Assembly: GCA_024400815.1 (NCBI GenBank)
Contig: JAKSMD010000002.1
Coordinates: 4,587-68,586 of the forward strand
Direction of reading: 5' to 3'
Length of the DNA stretch: 64,000 bases
From: Bacteroidales bacterium
GTDB lineage: Bacteria > Bacteroidota > Bacteroidia > Bacteroidales > WCHB1-69
The notes under the pieces are model-generated. The model saw only the letters and a list, made by a program, of their open reading frames with translations, ran no database searches and had not been told where the DNA came from. Made by a program: the position numbers and the translations under genes. Positions 10,489 through 20,231 of this stretch are shown here, in pieces; the stretch's first letter is position 1, and every line of letters begins with the position of its first letter.

Positions 10489-10917
10489 ATGAAAAAATTC
10501 ATCCTTTTCACACTCTTATTTGCTTCCATCACCTGCTTGTATGCTTGTGAGTATAACGACAAACCTATTAAGGTAGAACAACTTCCAGAGAAAGTGATAC
10601 GCTTCCTCAAAGAAAATTTCTATGGTGTTAAAATTTCTTACGCCGAAAAAGACGGTAAAAAATACGAAGTCAAATTAGAAAACGGCTATTCCGCTGAATT
10701 CAACAAAAAAGGAGAATGGCTTGAGGTGAAATGCTATGACGGCATTCCCGGAAACATTATTCCACAAGGCGTTTTCAAATATATTGGTTCCAAATACGAT
10801 AGAAGTATCCGCATGACAGAAATCAGTCGTGAAAAGCACGGCTACGAGGTAAAGCTCAACAATGGCAAAGAGCTTCTATTTGATAAAAACGGGAATTTTC
10901 TGCGCGAAGACGATTAG
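10489..10917 (+). CDS. PepSY-like (DUF2874) lipoprotein
   Basis: Lipoprotein signal (ITCLYAC). Two repeats of the pattern K..YEVKL.NG.E..F...G.W typical of PepSY-like beta-lactamase-inhibitor-like proteins. Confidence 0.7.
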   Translation: MKKFILFTLLFASITCLYACEYNDKPIKVEQLPEKVIRFLKENFYGVKISYAEKDGKKYEVKLENGYSAEFNKKGEWLEVKCYDGIPGNIIPQGVFKYIGSKYDRSIRMTEISREKHGYEVKLNNGKELLFDKNGNFLREDD

Positions 10918-12152
10918 AATTCATCTAGCACCGTCACCCACTTATAGACTTGGTCGCCACGGCGCACTAAGCTTTTAACGGGAATAGAACAGAACACACC
11001 CTTTTCCACCTTTTCGACAGGTTTCAAATCCACACGGATTTCGGAAACGGCATCTTCATACACGCCGGTTGTTGGACCAATGATGAGGATTTCATCCGAA
11101 ACGGAGAGGGTTTCTTCTTCCATACGAATTTCAGCGACAGAGATATTGCCGAAATAGTTGGTAATGGTACCTACATGTTGTTTAATACGAGTGGCTTGTG
11201 ATCCATAGCGTGCCGACCATTCGCCCATTTTGCGTCCCAAATAATAGCCATCCCAGAAATCGCGATTATAGACGCTGCGCAAGCGCGTCATCCATTGTTC
11301 GGTCAGCGTCTTACAGAAAGTACCATCTTCAATTGCATGCAGGGCCTCGTGATAGCACTGTGTCACTATTTTCACATATTCAGCTGAACGGCCACGTCCT
11401 TCAATTTTCAAGATAGAGACGCCGGCCTTGATGATTTTATCCAGAAAACCTATAGTACACAAGTCTTTAGGGGACATAATGTACTTATTGTCCACCAGCA
11501 ATTCAATTTCGTTATCAGCATCCTGCACTTTATAGGCGCGGCGGCAAGGTTGGATGCAGGCACCACGGTTAGCAGGATAGTTGAAATTATCGAGGCTCAG
11601 ATAGCATTTTCCAGAAACGGCCATACACAAAGCGCCATGCACGAACATCTCAATCTTGACCAGTTCGCCATGCGGCCCGGTAATATGCTCCTCTTGGATT
11701 GTATGGCAGATATCTGCCACCTGGCGCAAAGCACACTCGCGACCCAACACTACCACATCCGCAAATTGGGCATAATAGCGGACTGCTTCCACATTGGTAA
11801 CATTGCACTGCGTGGAGAGGTGGATTTCCAAACCGATTTGTCGGGCATACTGAATAACGGCCATATCGGAGGCAATGATGGCAGTCACCTGGCACGCCTT
11901 GGCTTTATCGAGCAAATCGTGTGCCTTCTGAATCTCGTCATTATATACAATCGTATTGACCGTCAGATAGGATTTCACATGGTGTTTGCGGCAGATGTCG
12001 GTAATCTGTTGCAAATCATCCAAAGTAAAATTAGCGGCTGAACGGGAGCGCATATTCAAAGCGCCGACACCAAAATAGATGGAACCCGCACCTGCTTGTA
12101 TAGCAGCCATCAGGGCTTCATAAGAGCCCGCCGGCGACATGATTTCTACCAT
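10914..12152 (-). CDS. peptidase U32 family protein
   Basis: EIMSPAGSYEAL N-terminus and the U32 signature EMFVHGALCMAVSGKCYLS. Start trimmed from TTG at 12206 to ATG at 12152 because a terminator-like hairpin lies between them. Confidence 0.85.
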   Translation of the reverse strand: MVEIMSPAGSYEALMAAIQAGAGSIYFGVGALNMRSRSAANFTLDDLQQITDICRKHHVKSYLTVNTIVYNDEIQKAHDLLDKAKACQVTAIIASDMAVIQYARQIGLEIHLSTQCNVTNVEAVRYYAQFADVVVLGRECALRQVADICHTIQEEHITGPHGELVKIEMFVHGALCMAVSGKCYLSLDNFNYPANRGACIQPCRRAYKVQDADNEIELLVDNKYIMSPKDLCTIGFLDKIIKAGVSILKIEGRGRSAEYVKIVTQCYHEALHAIEDGTFCKTLTEQWMTRLRSVYNRDFWDGYYLGRKMGEWSARYGSQATRIKQHVGTITNYFGNISVAEIRMEEETLSVSDEILIIGPTTGVYEDAVSEIRVDLKPVEKVEKGVFCSIPVKSLVRRGDQVYKWVTVLDEF

Positions 12153-12169
12153 AATCAGAATAAATGGAT

Positions 12170-12207
12170 TATAAAAAAAGGAAGTTGAAAACCAAGTGGC
12201 TTTCAAC
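12170..12207 (-). terminator. terminator-like or attenuator hairpin between rluB and the U32 peptidase gene
   Basis: Minus strand has GTTGAAA-loop-TTTCAAC followed by TTCCTTTTTTTAT. Only about 20 nt remain before the U32 ATG. Confidence 0.45.
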
Positions 12208-12215
12208 TTTCCATT

Positions 12216-13493
12216 TTATTTTTCAACTTTCTTATTGGACAACATTTTAAGAAAGGCGACTTCTTGTTTGGTTAGGAAGCGCCACATGCCGCGCGGCAAG
12301 TCTTTCTTGGTAAGGCCAGCGAAAATCACGCGGTCCAACTTCACCACCTCATAGCCGAGGAATTCGAACATACGGCGAATAATACGGTTTTTGCCTGAGT
12401 GGATAGTGATGCCCACCTCTTTTTTAGAGTCAGCGCCTTCAACATATTGCACATCATCGGGGGTAATGAGACCATCCGTCAATTCAATACCGTTGCGCAA
12501 AGCAGCCATATCGATAGATGCAAACGGTTTGTCCAGTTCCACCATATAAGTCTTTTCGATTTCCGTGCTCGGATGTGTGAGTTTCTTGGTCAAGTCGCCA
12601 TCATTAGTGAAAAGCAGCAAACCCGTAGTATCGCGGTCAAGGCGGCCTACTGGATAAATGCGTTCTTCACAAGCGTCGCGAACCAGTTCCATCACATTAG
12701 CGCGGTCGCGTTCATCATCGGTAGTAGTGATATAGTCTTTCGGTTTGTTGAGCAACACATAGACTGGCTTTTCGCGTTGGAGCACTTTATCGCCATATCG
12801 AACCTCATCGGTAGGCATGACCTTGTGTCCCATTTCGGTAATCACTTCTCCATTCACGGTAATAGCACCGGTAGCGATGAGCACATCGGCCTCGCGACGA
12901 GAACAAATGCCCGCATTGGCAATGTACTTGTTCAAGCGGATTGGGCCGTGCTGTTCTTCATATTCCAAAGAAAGAATCTTCTGTTTGCGCGGTGTCTGCC
13001 GACCTTCTTGGATACGTCTGCTGACGATTTCGGATAAGATGTCGGATTCAGCGGTGATATTGCGGCGACGCGGGCGATTGTCATCGCGGCCACCCATGCG
13101 ATCACGCTTGTAATCGCGGTCTCTGCGCGGACGATCGTCATTGTCATTGAAACGGCGGCGCGGGCGGCTCTCATCTTTGTTGAAAGCGCGTTTGCCACGG
13201 GAAGGTTTGTCATTACTACTGAAATTGCTACGTCTTGGACGGGAAGATGTTTCTCTTTCTTCACCGTCATTAAAACGACGTCTTGGGCGGAATTGCGCCT
13301 TGTCGTCGCTATCATTAAAACGTCGGCGCGGACGGGATTCTTCCCTGTCGTCGCTATCATTGAAGCGGCGTTTCGGACGTGCATTTCTGGGTTTGTCGTC
13401 GTCAAAGCGACGTTTCGGGCGACTGCTAGTGCGCGGCTTTCTCTCGAAAGGCTGGTCGTCCTCAAAATTTTCACTATTAAATTTTCGAGCCAT
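12216..13493 (-). CDS. rluB: RluB-type 23S rRNA pseudouridine synthase with arginine-rich repeat N-terminal extension
   Basis: S4 domain (IRLNKYIANAGICSRREAD) and catalytic GRLDRDTTGLLLFTNDG. The first ~150 aa are repeats of RPRRRFNDSDD. Confidence 0.85.
   Translation of the reverse strand: MARKFNSENFEDDQPFERKPRTSSRPKRRFDDDKPRNARPKRRFNDSDDREESRPRRRFNDSDDKAQFRPRRRFNDGEERETSSRPRRSNFSSNDKPSRGKRAFNKDESRPRRRFNDNDDRPRRDRDYKRDRMGGRDDNRPRRRNITAESDILSEIVSRRIQEGRQTPRKQKILSLEYEEQHGPIRLNKYIANAGICSRREADVLIATGAITVNGEVITEMGHKVMPTDEVRYGDKVLQREKPVYVLLNKPKDYITTTDDERDRANVMELVRDACEERIYPVGRLDRDTTGLLLFTNDGDLTKKLTHPSTEIEKTYMVELDKPFASIDMAALRNGIELTDGLITPDDVQYVEGADSKKEVGITIHSGKNRIIRRMFEFLGYEVVKLDRVIFAGLTKKDLPRGMWRFLTKQEVAFLKMLSNKKVEK
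13060..13440 (-). repeat. in-frame tandem repeats (about 45 nt / 15 aa) encoding RPRRRFNDSDD units in the rluB 5' region
   Basis: At least seven RP(R/K)RRF(N/D)D units occur in the translation. The DNA segment tgtcgtcgctatcatt recurs 45 nt apart (near 13302 and 13347). Confidence 0.8.
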
Positions 13494-13525
13494 TAATGGA
13501 ATATTACGATGTTTTAAAACGGCGG

Positions 13526-13533
13526 CAAAAATA
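13526..13533 (-). promoter_or_regulatory. -7 box TATTTTTG upstream of rluB
   Basis: TTTTTTG-TATTTTTG-CCGCC, 33 nt to the ATG. Confidence 0.55.
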
Positions 13534-13620
13534 CAAAAAATTGCCTTATTTTGAGATAGGGCATAAGGATAACATGGCGATTTTATAAGACCGCCACAAA
13601 AAGCATCCTGAAAAATGAAT

Positions 13621-13920
13621 TTAGTAAAGAAGATCTAATTCCAATTTGGCAGCTTCCGACATCATATCCATCTCCCAAGGGGGATCAAAAGTGACATCTA
13701 CGGTAACTTTGTTGACCCCTGGAATCATCGACACGCGGGTTTGCACTTCCATTGGCAAACTCTCTGCCACAGGGCAGTTCGGTGCCGTAAGGGTCATCAA
13801 GATATAAACATCATTGCTTTCATTGACTTCCAATTTGTAAATAAAACCCAACTCCCAGATATTAACGGGAATTTCAGGATCATAAATAGAGGATAGGACT
13901 TCAATAACCTTCGCTTTCAT
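13621..13920 (-). CDS. DUF59 (SufT/MIP18-like) Fe-S assembly protein
   Basis: 99 aa with YDPEIPVNIWELG and TLTAPNCPVAE motifs. Confidence 0.85.
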   Translation of the reverse strand: MKAKVIEVLSSIYDPEIPVNIWELGFIYKLEVNESNDVYILMTLTAPNCPVAESLPMEVQTRVSMIPGVNKVTVDVTFDPPWEMDMMSEAAKLELDLLY

Positions 13921-13923
13921 ATT

Positions 13924-14859
13924 CTACTCTAATGCTTTTTCTTTTAGTGAAACAAAACCATCGCCCAATGTTTCTGAGGCATCCACGATAGAGACAAACG
14001 CATGTGGGTCCACATCGTGTACAAAATGAATCAGAACAGGCAATTGCTTACGGGATATGGAGGTGAAAATGAGTTTCTTTTCTACGTTATTATACATACC
14101 TTCGCCATAAATATAGGTGCCGCCGCGGTCTAGTTCGTCGAAAATTCGCTGACGCACCGCTTCATATTTATCAGAGATAATCAATACGGCCTTGCTGGAA
14201 TGGAAGCCGGCAATGACCTTATCCATCACCACGCCCGTCACGTAGATGACGAGCCATGAATACAATGGGATGGTCCAGTCTTTAAAGGCTGCCAAAGCGG
14301 CCAAGACGATCGTAGAATCCACACAAATGAGCAATGTGCCCAATGGGATATGTTTGAGGTACTTGGCCAAAATCATGGCGATGATATCCGAACCGCCGGA
14401 GGTGGCGCGCGTCTTGAAAATCAACCCCAGTCCAACTCCGATTATAACGCCGCCACACAGGGCAATGATAAAGTTAGCGGAAGGATCCGGCGTCATAGGG
14501 TCTCCCGGAAGGGCAATTAAAGGCGCATAACCGTACATTTTTTCCAAAATAGAGATAAATGTCGGCAGAGAAATCACCCCGACCAGCGTCTTCGCTCCAA
14601 ACTTGGGACCCAGCCACAAAGTACCTATCAGCAGCAACGGCAAGTCCAAACAAATACCAGACAAGCCAATCGGAAAATTAAACAGATGGTGCAAGATAAT
14701 TGCAATACCATACACGCCGCCCGGAGCCAACTTCAGCGGAGAAATGAAAAACACATAACCGATTGCCATGACAAATGTGCCTAGGACAATCAGTCCGTAG
14801 GTCTTAAACAATTCCTTTTTATCTATTGATTTCCAATCTATTTTTTTCAAAAAACTCAT
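13924..14859 (-). CDS. YitT family membrane protein (DUF2179 C-terminal domain)
   Basis: Five to six TM helices followed by a soluble C-terminal domain, the YitT layout. Confidence 0.8.
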   Translation of the reverse strand: MSFLKKIDWKSIDKKELFKTYGLIVLGTFVMAIGYVFFISPLKLAPGGVYGIAIILHHLFNFPIGLSGICLDLPLLLIGTLWLGPKFGAKTLVGVISLPTFISILEKMYGYAPLIALPGDPMTPDPSANFIIALCGGVIIGVGLGLIFKTRATSGGSDIIAMILAKYLKHIPLGTLLICVDSTIVLAALAAFKDWTIPLYSWLVIYVTGVVMDKVIAGFHSSKAVLIISDKYEAVRQRIFDELDRGGTYIYGEGMYNNVEKKLIFTSISRKQLPVLIHFVHDVDPHAFVSIVDASETLGDGFVSLKEKALE

Positions 14860-14862
14860 ACT

Positions 14863-16884
14863 CTATTTACTAACTGCCATATTTAATTTGGACGAAATTT
14901 CCGTTCTGCATTTCAACAATACGGTGTAACGACTCATCATATTCAAAGTGTCTTCTTCCGTATAATCTTGTTTCTTCATTTCATTTTGGAGGAACTCCAA
15001 CTGTTTTTCCACAATGCGCAATTTGAGTAGCAGAATCACATTGTGTACCTCTTGCTCCAATTGCATCAAACTATTCATCGTGGAAATGGTAACCATATCG
15101 TATCTTTCCTGCCAATGTTTACTGTATGTTGGCATTTCTGCTTCTATATTTTCGATGGCGAACTTGCTCTCTTCCGGATCTTCACTCAAGATAAAAGTGC
15201 GTTTAATCGCATCTTGATCAAACAAGATTTGAGCCACCTCCGCATAATGATCGTAAATTTTGGACAATAGCGGGTTGGTCAGCACAATATGGTCATTGTA
15301 AAGTTCGTCGAAAACAAATTGGTCAATACGCTTAGGCATGAAGACAAGTCCATCGCCATCAGGATTTTCCACTTCCACATTGATTTCATAAAGGCCATAC
15401 TTAAGCAATAGAAGGATTACACCTTTTTCTGCTTCATACAGCATATCCAAAGCAGGTTTCTGCTGTTTATTTTTCTGAACGTCAATCTGCGGGACATAGG
15501 TTTTTTCCTCTGGCGAGGCTACTTGTTGAGTGGCGCCACCTGTCGAGGGCGTATTGCTTTTAGGTTGCTCATTGATTTTCTTCCAAACCATGCGGCGCAA
15601 CTCGCCGTTGAGGGTCTCTTCGGGCAAGTCGAACAACTTCGCACATTCCTTAATATAAAATGCACGAGTAATATTGTCCTGCACAGAAGCTATAGATTTC
15701 AGTACATCCATCACCATCGTTGCGCGCTTAGTGGGGTCGTTACCCGCATCTTGAGAAAGAATGCGAGCTTTAAACAGCAAGAAATCCGTGGTGTTGCGCT
15801 CCAAATATTCCGCCACTTCGCTGTCGCGGTGCTGCTTTGCAAAGGAGTCTGGATCTTCGCCATCGGGCAGCAGGCAAACTCTCACGTTCAAGCCTTGGTT
15901 CAGCAGCATGTCAATGCCTCGCATGGAGGCCTTGATGCCCGCCCGGTCGCCATCGTACAAAACCGTGATATTCTTACTTTGTCGAGACAGAATCTTGACT
16001 TGTTCTTCTGTCAAAGAGGTACCCGAAGAAGCCACGGCATTCTCAATGCCAGATTCAAAGAGCGAAATCACATCCGTATAGCCCTCAACCAAGATGGTAT
16101 TGTCTTTATTTCGAATCTCCTTTTTAGCCAGATAGATATCATATAGTGTCTCGGTCTTATGATAGATTTCACTTTCCGGAGAGTTGAAGTATTTGGCTGT
16201 TTTTTCATCCTTTTTCAACACTCTGCCCCCAAATCCTATCACTTTACCGAGCACATTATGGATTGGAAAAATGACGCGTCCTCGATAGAAATCAAACAAT
16301 TTGCCATTCGCCGCTTTGCGTGTCAATCCCAATTTTATCAAAAAATCCTCTTTGTATCCTTGTTTCAAGGCCTCTTTGGTAAAAGCATCCCAGCCACTGG
16401 GACAATATCCCAAATGAAATTTATCGATGGTGCTATCTTTGAAGCCACGCTCTTTGAAATAAGTCATGCCCATCAGCTGACCCTCTTCCGTATTGCGAAG
16501 CTGGTCCATAAAGAACTTCTCCGCAAACTCATTGACCAAATAGAGACTTTCGCGCTCGGAGCGCAACTCTTTTTCCTCACTGGTTTCCTGATGGTCGTAC
16601 TCGATGGGGATGCTGTATTTTTTTGCCAGATATTCCAATGCCTCCGGATAGGAAATTTTCTCATGCTCCATTAAGAACTTCACCGCGTTGCCTTTGGCAT
16701 CGCAGACAAAGCACTTGTAGATTCCCAATCGAGGCGTAACATGCATAGAAGGGTTGCGGTCGTCATGAAAAGGACAGATGCCGACATAACTCTGGCCCTG
16801 CTTTTTCAGCGACACAAAATCTGCCACCACCTCTTCAATCTTGACAGCGGCAAAAATCTCATCTATGGTCTTTTTGGATATCAT
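14863..16884 (-). CDS. dnaG: DNA primase
   Basis: CHC2 zinc finger CPFHDDRNPSMHV...CFVC, and TOPRIM motifs VEGYTDV and YDGDRAG. Confidence 0.95.
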   Translation of the reverse strand: MISKKTIDEIFAAVKIEEVVADFVSLKKQGQSYVGICPFHDDRNPSMHVTPRLGIYKCFVCDAKGNAVKFLMEHEKISYPEALEYLAKKYSIPIEYDHQETSEEKELRSERESLYLVNEFAEKFFMDQLRNTEEGQLMGMTYFKERGFKDSTIDKFHLGYCPSGWDAFTKEALKQGYKEDFLIKLGLTRKAANGKLFDFYRGRVIFPIHNVLGKVIGFGGRVLKKDEKTAKYFNSPESEIYHKTETLYDIYLAKKEIRNKDNTILVEGYTDVISLFESGIENAVASSGTSLTEEQVKILSRQSKNITVLYDGDRAGIKASMRGIDMLLNQGLNVRVCLLPDGEDPDSFAKQHRDSEVAEYLERNTTDFLLFKARILSQDAGNDPTKRATMVMDVLKSIASVQDNITRAFYIKECAKLFDLPEETLNGELRRMVWKKINEQPKSNTPSTGGATQQVASPEEKTYVPQIDVQKNKQQKPALDMLYEAEKGVILLLLKYGLYEINVEVENPDGDGLVFMPKRIDQFVFDELYNDHIVLTNPLLSKIYDHYAEVAQILFDQDAIKRTFILSEDPEESKFAIENIEAEMPTYSKHWQERYDMVTISTMNSLMQLEQEVHNVILLLKLRIVEKQLEFLQNEMKKQDYTEEDTLNMMSRYTVLLKCRTEISSKLNMAVSK

Positions 16885-16886
16885 GG

Positions 16887-18656
16887 TTAGTCGTTCTTAC
16901 CCGTAAAAACTTTGAAACTCTTGAAAACCTTTTTATTATGGATAACTTCAACGGCTTTTTGATAAGTATCATCCGATTCCAAGAAGATACGGTAAGCATC
17001 GCCAAAGCCATAGAGACCGCGAGCAATTTCGTAGCGCAAATAATCTTTCACATACTCGCTCACATGACTCTCATTACGCAAACGCATAGCTTCGCCATAG
17101 TTTTTGTTCACATAATTGACGAACATCGTATCCAAAGTATGCGTATCTATATTTTGAGCAGAAACAAACATAGAATCTAATTTATCTTTGTTGGCTTTGA
17201 CAAAAGCATTTGCATAACTGGAGAAAGTGAACTTAGCACTGTCGCTTACGCCCTCTTTTTTAGCATAATCCATAAATTCTTTGTAAAAATCGTCTGTAAT
17301 GACATAATTCTTTTCAAAATCTTCAAAACTTGGATATTTTTGTTTCAAAGTCTCACGATTTTGTTCCATATAATCCATTACAAAGCTGCCGAAGATACCT
17401 TTGCGGACAATTTCATTATAAAGTGTTGAGTATTTAGTTGTATCCAATGGCACAAAAATGTCAGGCATGATACCGCCGCCGCCATAGACGATACGGCCAT
17501 TCGGGGTTTTATACTTGAGCGAATCTGGGAACTTGATACTGTCGGCAGTGTAAAGTTCGCCCCTATTCGCACGCTTCTGCAAATCTTGGAAATAGGCATC
17601 CAAACCATCCTCGTAAGGTTTTTGGATACAACGGCCTGTAGGCGTATAGTAGTGCGAAATAGTCAAGCGCACTTGCGACTGATCCACAAAAGTGATAGGG
17701 CGCTGTACCAAGCCCTTGCCGAAAGTTCTTCGGCCAATAACCAAACCACGGTCCCAGTCTTGGATGCAACCGGAAGTGATTTCAGAAGCAGAAGCAGAGT
17801 TCTCATCTACCAGCACAATAAGTTTTCCTTCTTCAAAAATACCATCTTGGGAAGAAAAATATTTCTCACCGGTTTTGCGGAAATTATCCGTATAGACAAT
17901 CATCTTTTTACCCGCAATGAATTGATCGCAAATTTCGTACGCCACATTCAAGTAGCCGCCGCCATTGCCACGAAGGTCCAAAATAAGGTCTTTCATACCT
18001 TGTGCTTGGAGATTTTTGATGGCAGAAGTCAATTCAGTGGTAGAAGTCATGGCAAAGCGTTCCAATTTCACATACCCCACCGTTTCATCCACCATAAAGG
18101 AGACATTGATGCTGTGCATCGGGATGGCGCCACGCGTAATCGTGAAGTCAATGAGTTCAGGATTTTTACCGCGCTTCACGGAAACCACCACTTTGGAGCC
18201 CTTTTTGCCACGCAAATGCTTACGCACCCAATCGTTGGAAATCTTCTCGCCGCAAGCCAGCGTGTCATCCACCTTCACGATTTTATCGCCTGCCAATAAA
18301 CCAACTTTGTCAGATGGTCCGTCAATAATGACTTCCATCACATTGATTGTATCCTTTATCAATTGAAAAGTGACACCAATGCCGTCAAAAGTGCCTTGCA
18401 AAGGTTCATTCATGGCTTGGACATCTTTCTTAGGAATATATGCGGTATGTGGATCCAACTCTTTGAGCATCGCCACTATAGATTTGTCAATCATCGGATC
18501 AAAATCAACAGAATCTACATAATACAAATTGATGTAGTTCAACAGCTGATCCATCTTCGATTTGTCCGCCTGGAAATTCTTATTCGGTGATTGTGCATAA
18601 GTTACGACACACAACAGGGTAAAAAGAGAGACTAAAAGAACAATGTGTTTTTTCAT
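16887..18656 (-). CDS. ctp: S41 family C-terminal processing peptidase
   Basis: Signal peptide, PDZ region, LDLRGNGGGYL and VLVDENSASASEI catalytic-serine motif. Start set to ATG 18656, which lies downstream of the -7 box at 18682. Confidence 0.9.
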   Translation of the reverse strand: MKKHIVLLVSLFTLLCVVTYAQSPNKNFQADKSKMDQLLNYINLYYVDSVDFDPMIDKSIVAMLKELDPHTAYIPKKDVQAMNEPLQGTFDGIGVTFQLIKDTINVMEVIIDGPSDKVGLLAGDKIVKVDDTLACGEKISNDWVRKHLRGKKGSKVVVSVKRGKNPELIDFTITRGAIPMHSINVSFMVDETVGYVKLERFAMTSTTELTSAIKNLQAQGMKDLILDLRGNGGGYLNVAYEICDQFIAGKKMIVYTDNFRKTGEKYFSSQDGIFEEGKLIVLVDENSASASEITSGCIQDWDRGLVIGRRTFGKGLVQRPITFVDQSQVRLTISHYYTPTGRCIQKPYEDGLDAYFQDLQKRANRGELYTADSIKFPDSLKYKTPNGRIVYGGGGIMPDIFVPLDTTKYSTLYNEIVRKGIFGSFVMDYMEQNRETLKQKYPSFEDFEKNYVITDDFYKEFMDYAKKEGVSDSAKFTFSSYANAFVKANKDKLDSMFVSAQNIDTHTLDTMFVNYVNKNYGEAMRLRNESHVSEYVKDYLRYEIARGLYGFGDAYRIFLESDDTYQKAVEVIHNKKVFKSFKVFTGKND

Positions 18657-18681
18657 GATACAACTATTATAATAAGGGGCG

Positions 18682-18689
18682 CAAAAGTA
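18682..18689 (-). promoter_or_regulatory. -7 box TACTTTTG upstream of the ctp-dnaG-yitT-DUF59 string
   Basis: TTTTTTTG-TACTTTTG-CGCCC, 26 nt to ATG 18656. The 21-nt core is identical to the purB promoter. Confidence 0.6.
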
Positions 18690-18739
18690 CAAAAAAAGCG
18701 AAACAAGGCAACGATTCTATATTTGCGATTTTGAAATGG

Positions 18740-19579
18740 TCAAAGTGTCTTCGGCATAAGGGCTTCACAAATAGTGCGAGCTTCGACAGCGGCTTTCACA
18801 TCATGAACGCGCAATATTTTCGCTCCATGAAGCAGGGCATAACTGTTCAGCACAGTCGTTCCATTCAGAGCATCCTGCGGGGAAACATCAAGCAATTTGT
18901 ATATCATAGATTTACGGGAGACACCCACTAATAGTGGCAAACCGAAAACTTGAAAGGCCTCCAAATGCTGCATTAGGAAATAGTTTTGTCCCAATGTCTT
19001 ACCAAATCCAAAACCGGGATCAATCATAATATCGTGTACTTTTTCGGCCTGGAGTTTTTCCAACTGTTGTTCTAAAAAATGAAGAATTTCATGCAAAATA
19101 TCCTCATAATGGGTGCATTGCTGCATGATATCGGGTTTGGCAGGGGTATGCATTAAGCAATAGGGCACTTGCTTTTCGCCTACCAAAGGAATCAAATCTG
19201 GGTCAAAGGTGCCGCCAGAGATATCGTTAATCATATCCGCACCTGCGGCAATGGCCTCCGCAGCCACAGAGGCTCGCCAAGTATCAATGGATATCAGCGC
19301 TTGTGGAAAATGCTCACGAATAAGCTGTACGCCGCATCGGATAGTGTCTCGTTCTTCTGCTTCCGGAATCTCAATTGCATTGGAACGTGTGGACATTGCG
19401 CCCACATCTATCAAGTCAGCATCTTCGGCTAAAATCTGCTCAACGCGGGACAAAATACCTTCTTCAGATAAATAGCGTCCGCCATCGTAAAAAGAGTCTT
19501 TTGTAATATTGAGAATGCCCATGACGAGCGGCTTCTCCAAAGAAAGCGTTCGAGTCGGAAAATTGAGTTGCTGCAGCAT
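18740..19579 (-). CDS. folP: dihydropteroate synthase
   Basis: MGILNITKDSFYDGG and DVGAMSTR pterin-binding motifs. Start trimmed to the ATG 18 nt downstream of a -7 box. Confidence 0.9.
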   Translation of the reverse strand: MLQQLNFPTRTLSLEKPLVMGILNITKDSFYDGGRYLSEEGILSRVEQILAEDADLIDVGAMSTRSNAIEIPEAEERDTIRCGVQLIREHFPQALISIDTWRASVAAEAIAAGADMINDISGGTFDPDLIPLVGEKQVPYCLMHTPAKPDIMQQCTHYEDILHEILHFLEQQLEKLQAEKVHDIMIDPGFGFGKTLGQNYFLMQHLEAFQVFGLPLLVGVSRKSMIYKLLDVSPQDALNGTTVLNSYALLHGAKILRVHDVKAAVEARTICEALMPKTL

Positions 19580-19596
19580 ATTTTGGATTTTTGGCG

Positions 19597-19604
19597 CAAA
19601 AATA
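19597..19604 (-). promoter_or_regulatory. -7 box TATTTTTG upstream of folP
   Basis: TAnnTTTG followed by CGCC, 18 nt to the ATG. Back to back with the coaE promoter. Confidence 0.55.
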
Positions 19605-19617
19605 CGCAATATTTTTG

Positions 19618-19625
19618 TAAGTTTG
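19618..19625 (+). promoter_or_regulatory. -7 box TAAGTTTG upstream of coaE
   Basis: TTTTTG-TAAGTTTG-CCGC, 25 nt to ATG 19650. Confidence 0.55.
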
Positions 19626-19649
19626 CCGCTGTTTCTAACAAGCACTGCT

Positions 19650-20231
19650 ATGTACAAAATCGCACTTACTGGAGGTATCGGCACAGGCAAGACCTTCCTG
19701 TCTAAGAATTTCATCGATATGGGCATTCCCGTCTTCTATGCCGATGATGAAGCCAAAACACTATATCAAGACGAAACCTTTCTGCAAAAACTAACAGCAC
19801 TATTTGGTTCAGAAATCCTTGCGGATGGTCGCGTTCATTTGCGGAAACTTTCAAACTTAGTATTCAACGACCAAACGCAACTGGAAAAACTCAATCGTCT
19901 GGTGCATCCATGCGTTATGGAACTTTTTGAGAAGTGGGCAGCGCAACAGGATAGCAATACGGTCATGATGGAATCTGCCATCATATTTGAAGGCCATTTA
20001 GAATCTTATTTTGACAAAATCATCGTAGCAGATGCGCCTTTTGAATTGCGTCTTCAGCGCGTGCAATTCCGCAATCCTGAACTTACGCGGGAAGACATCC
20101 TCCAAAGAATGTCGCATCAAATGCCGCAGGAGGAAAAATGCCGCCGTGCCGACTTAGTGGTCTGCACCGGCGAAACCTACGCTGCCAGTCAAAACATTAA
20201 AAATGAAGAGTTAGGAATCCAAAAGCAATAA
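19650..20231 (+). CDS. coaE: dephospho-CoA kinase
   Basis: MYKIALTGGIGTGKT P-loop at the trimmed start. About 193 aa, the usual size. Confidence 0.9.
   Translation: MYKIALTGGIGTGKTFLSKNFIDMGIPVFYADDEAKTLYQDETFLQKLTALFGSEILADGRVHLRKLSNLVFNDQTQLEKLNRLVHPCVMELFEKWAAQQDSNTVMMESAIIFEGHLESYFDKIIVADAPFELRLQRVQFRNPELTREDILQRMSHQMPQEEKCRRADLVVCTGETYAASQNIKNEELGIQKQ

Noticed and set aside
12932-13554. Alternative-frame ORFs (180 aa minus strand, 137 aa and 67 aa plus strand) inside the rluB repeat region.
   Set aside because: They are produced by the repetitive GC-rich arginine codons. Their translations are low-complexity, and they overlap a gene with clear S4 and pseudouridine synthase domains.
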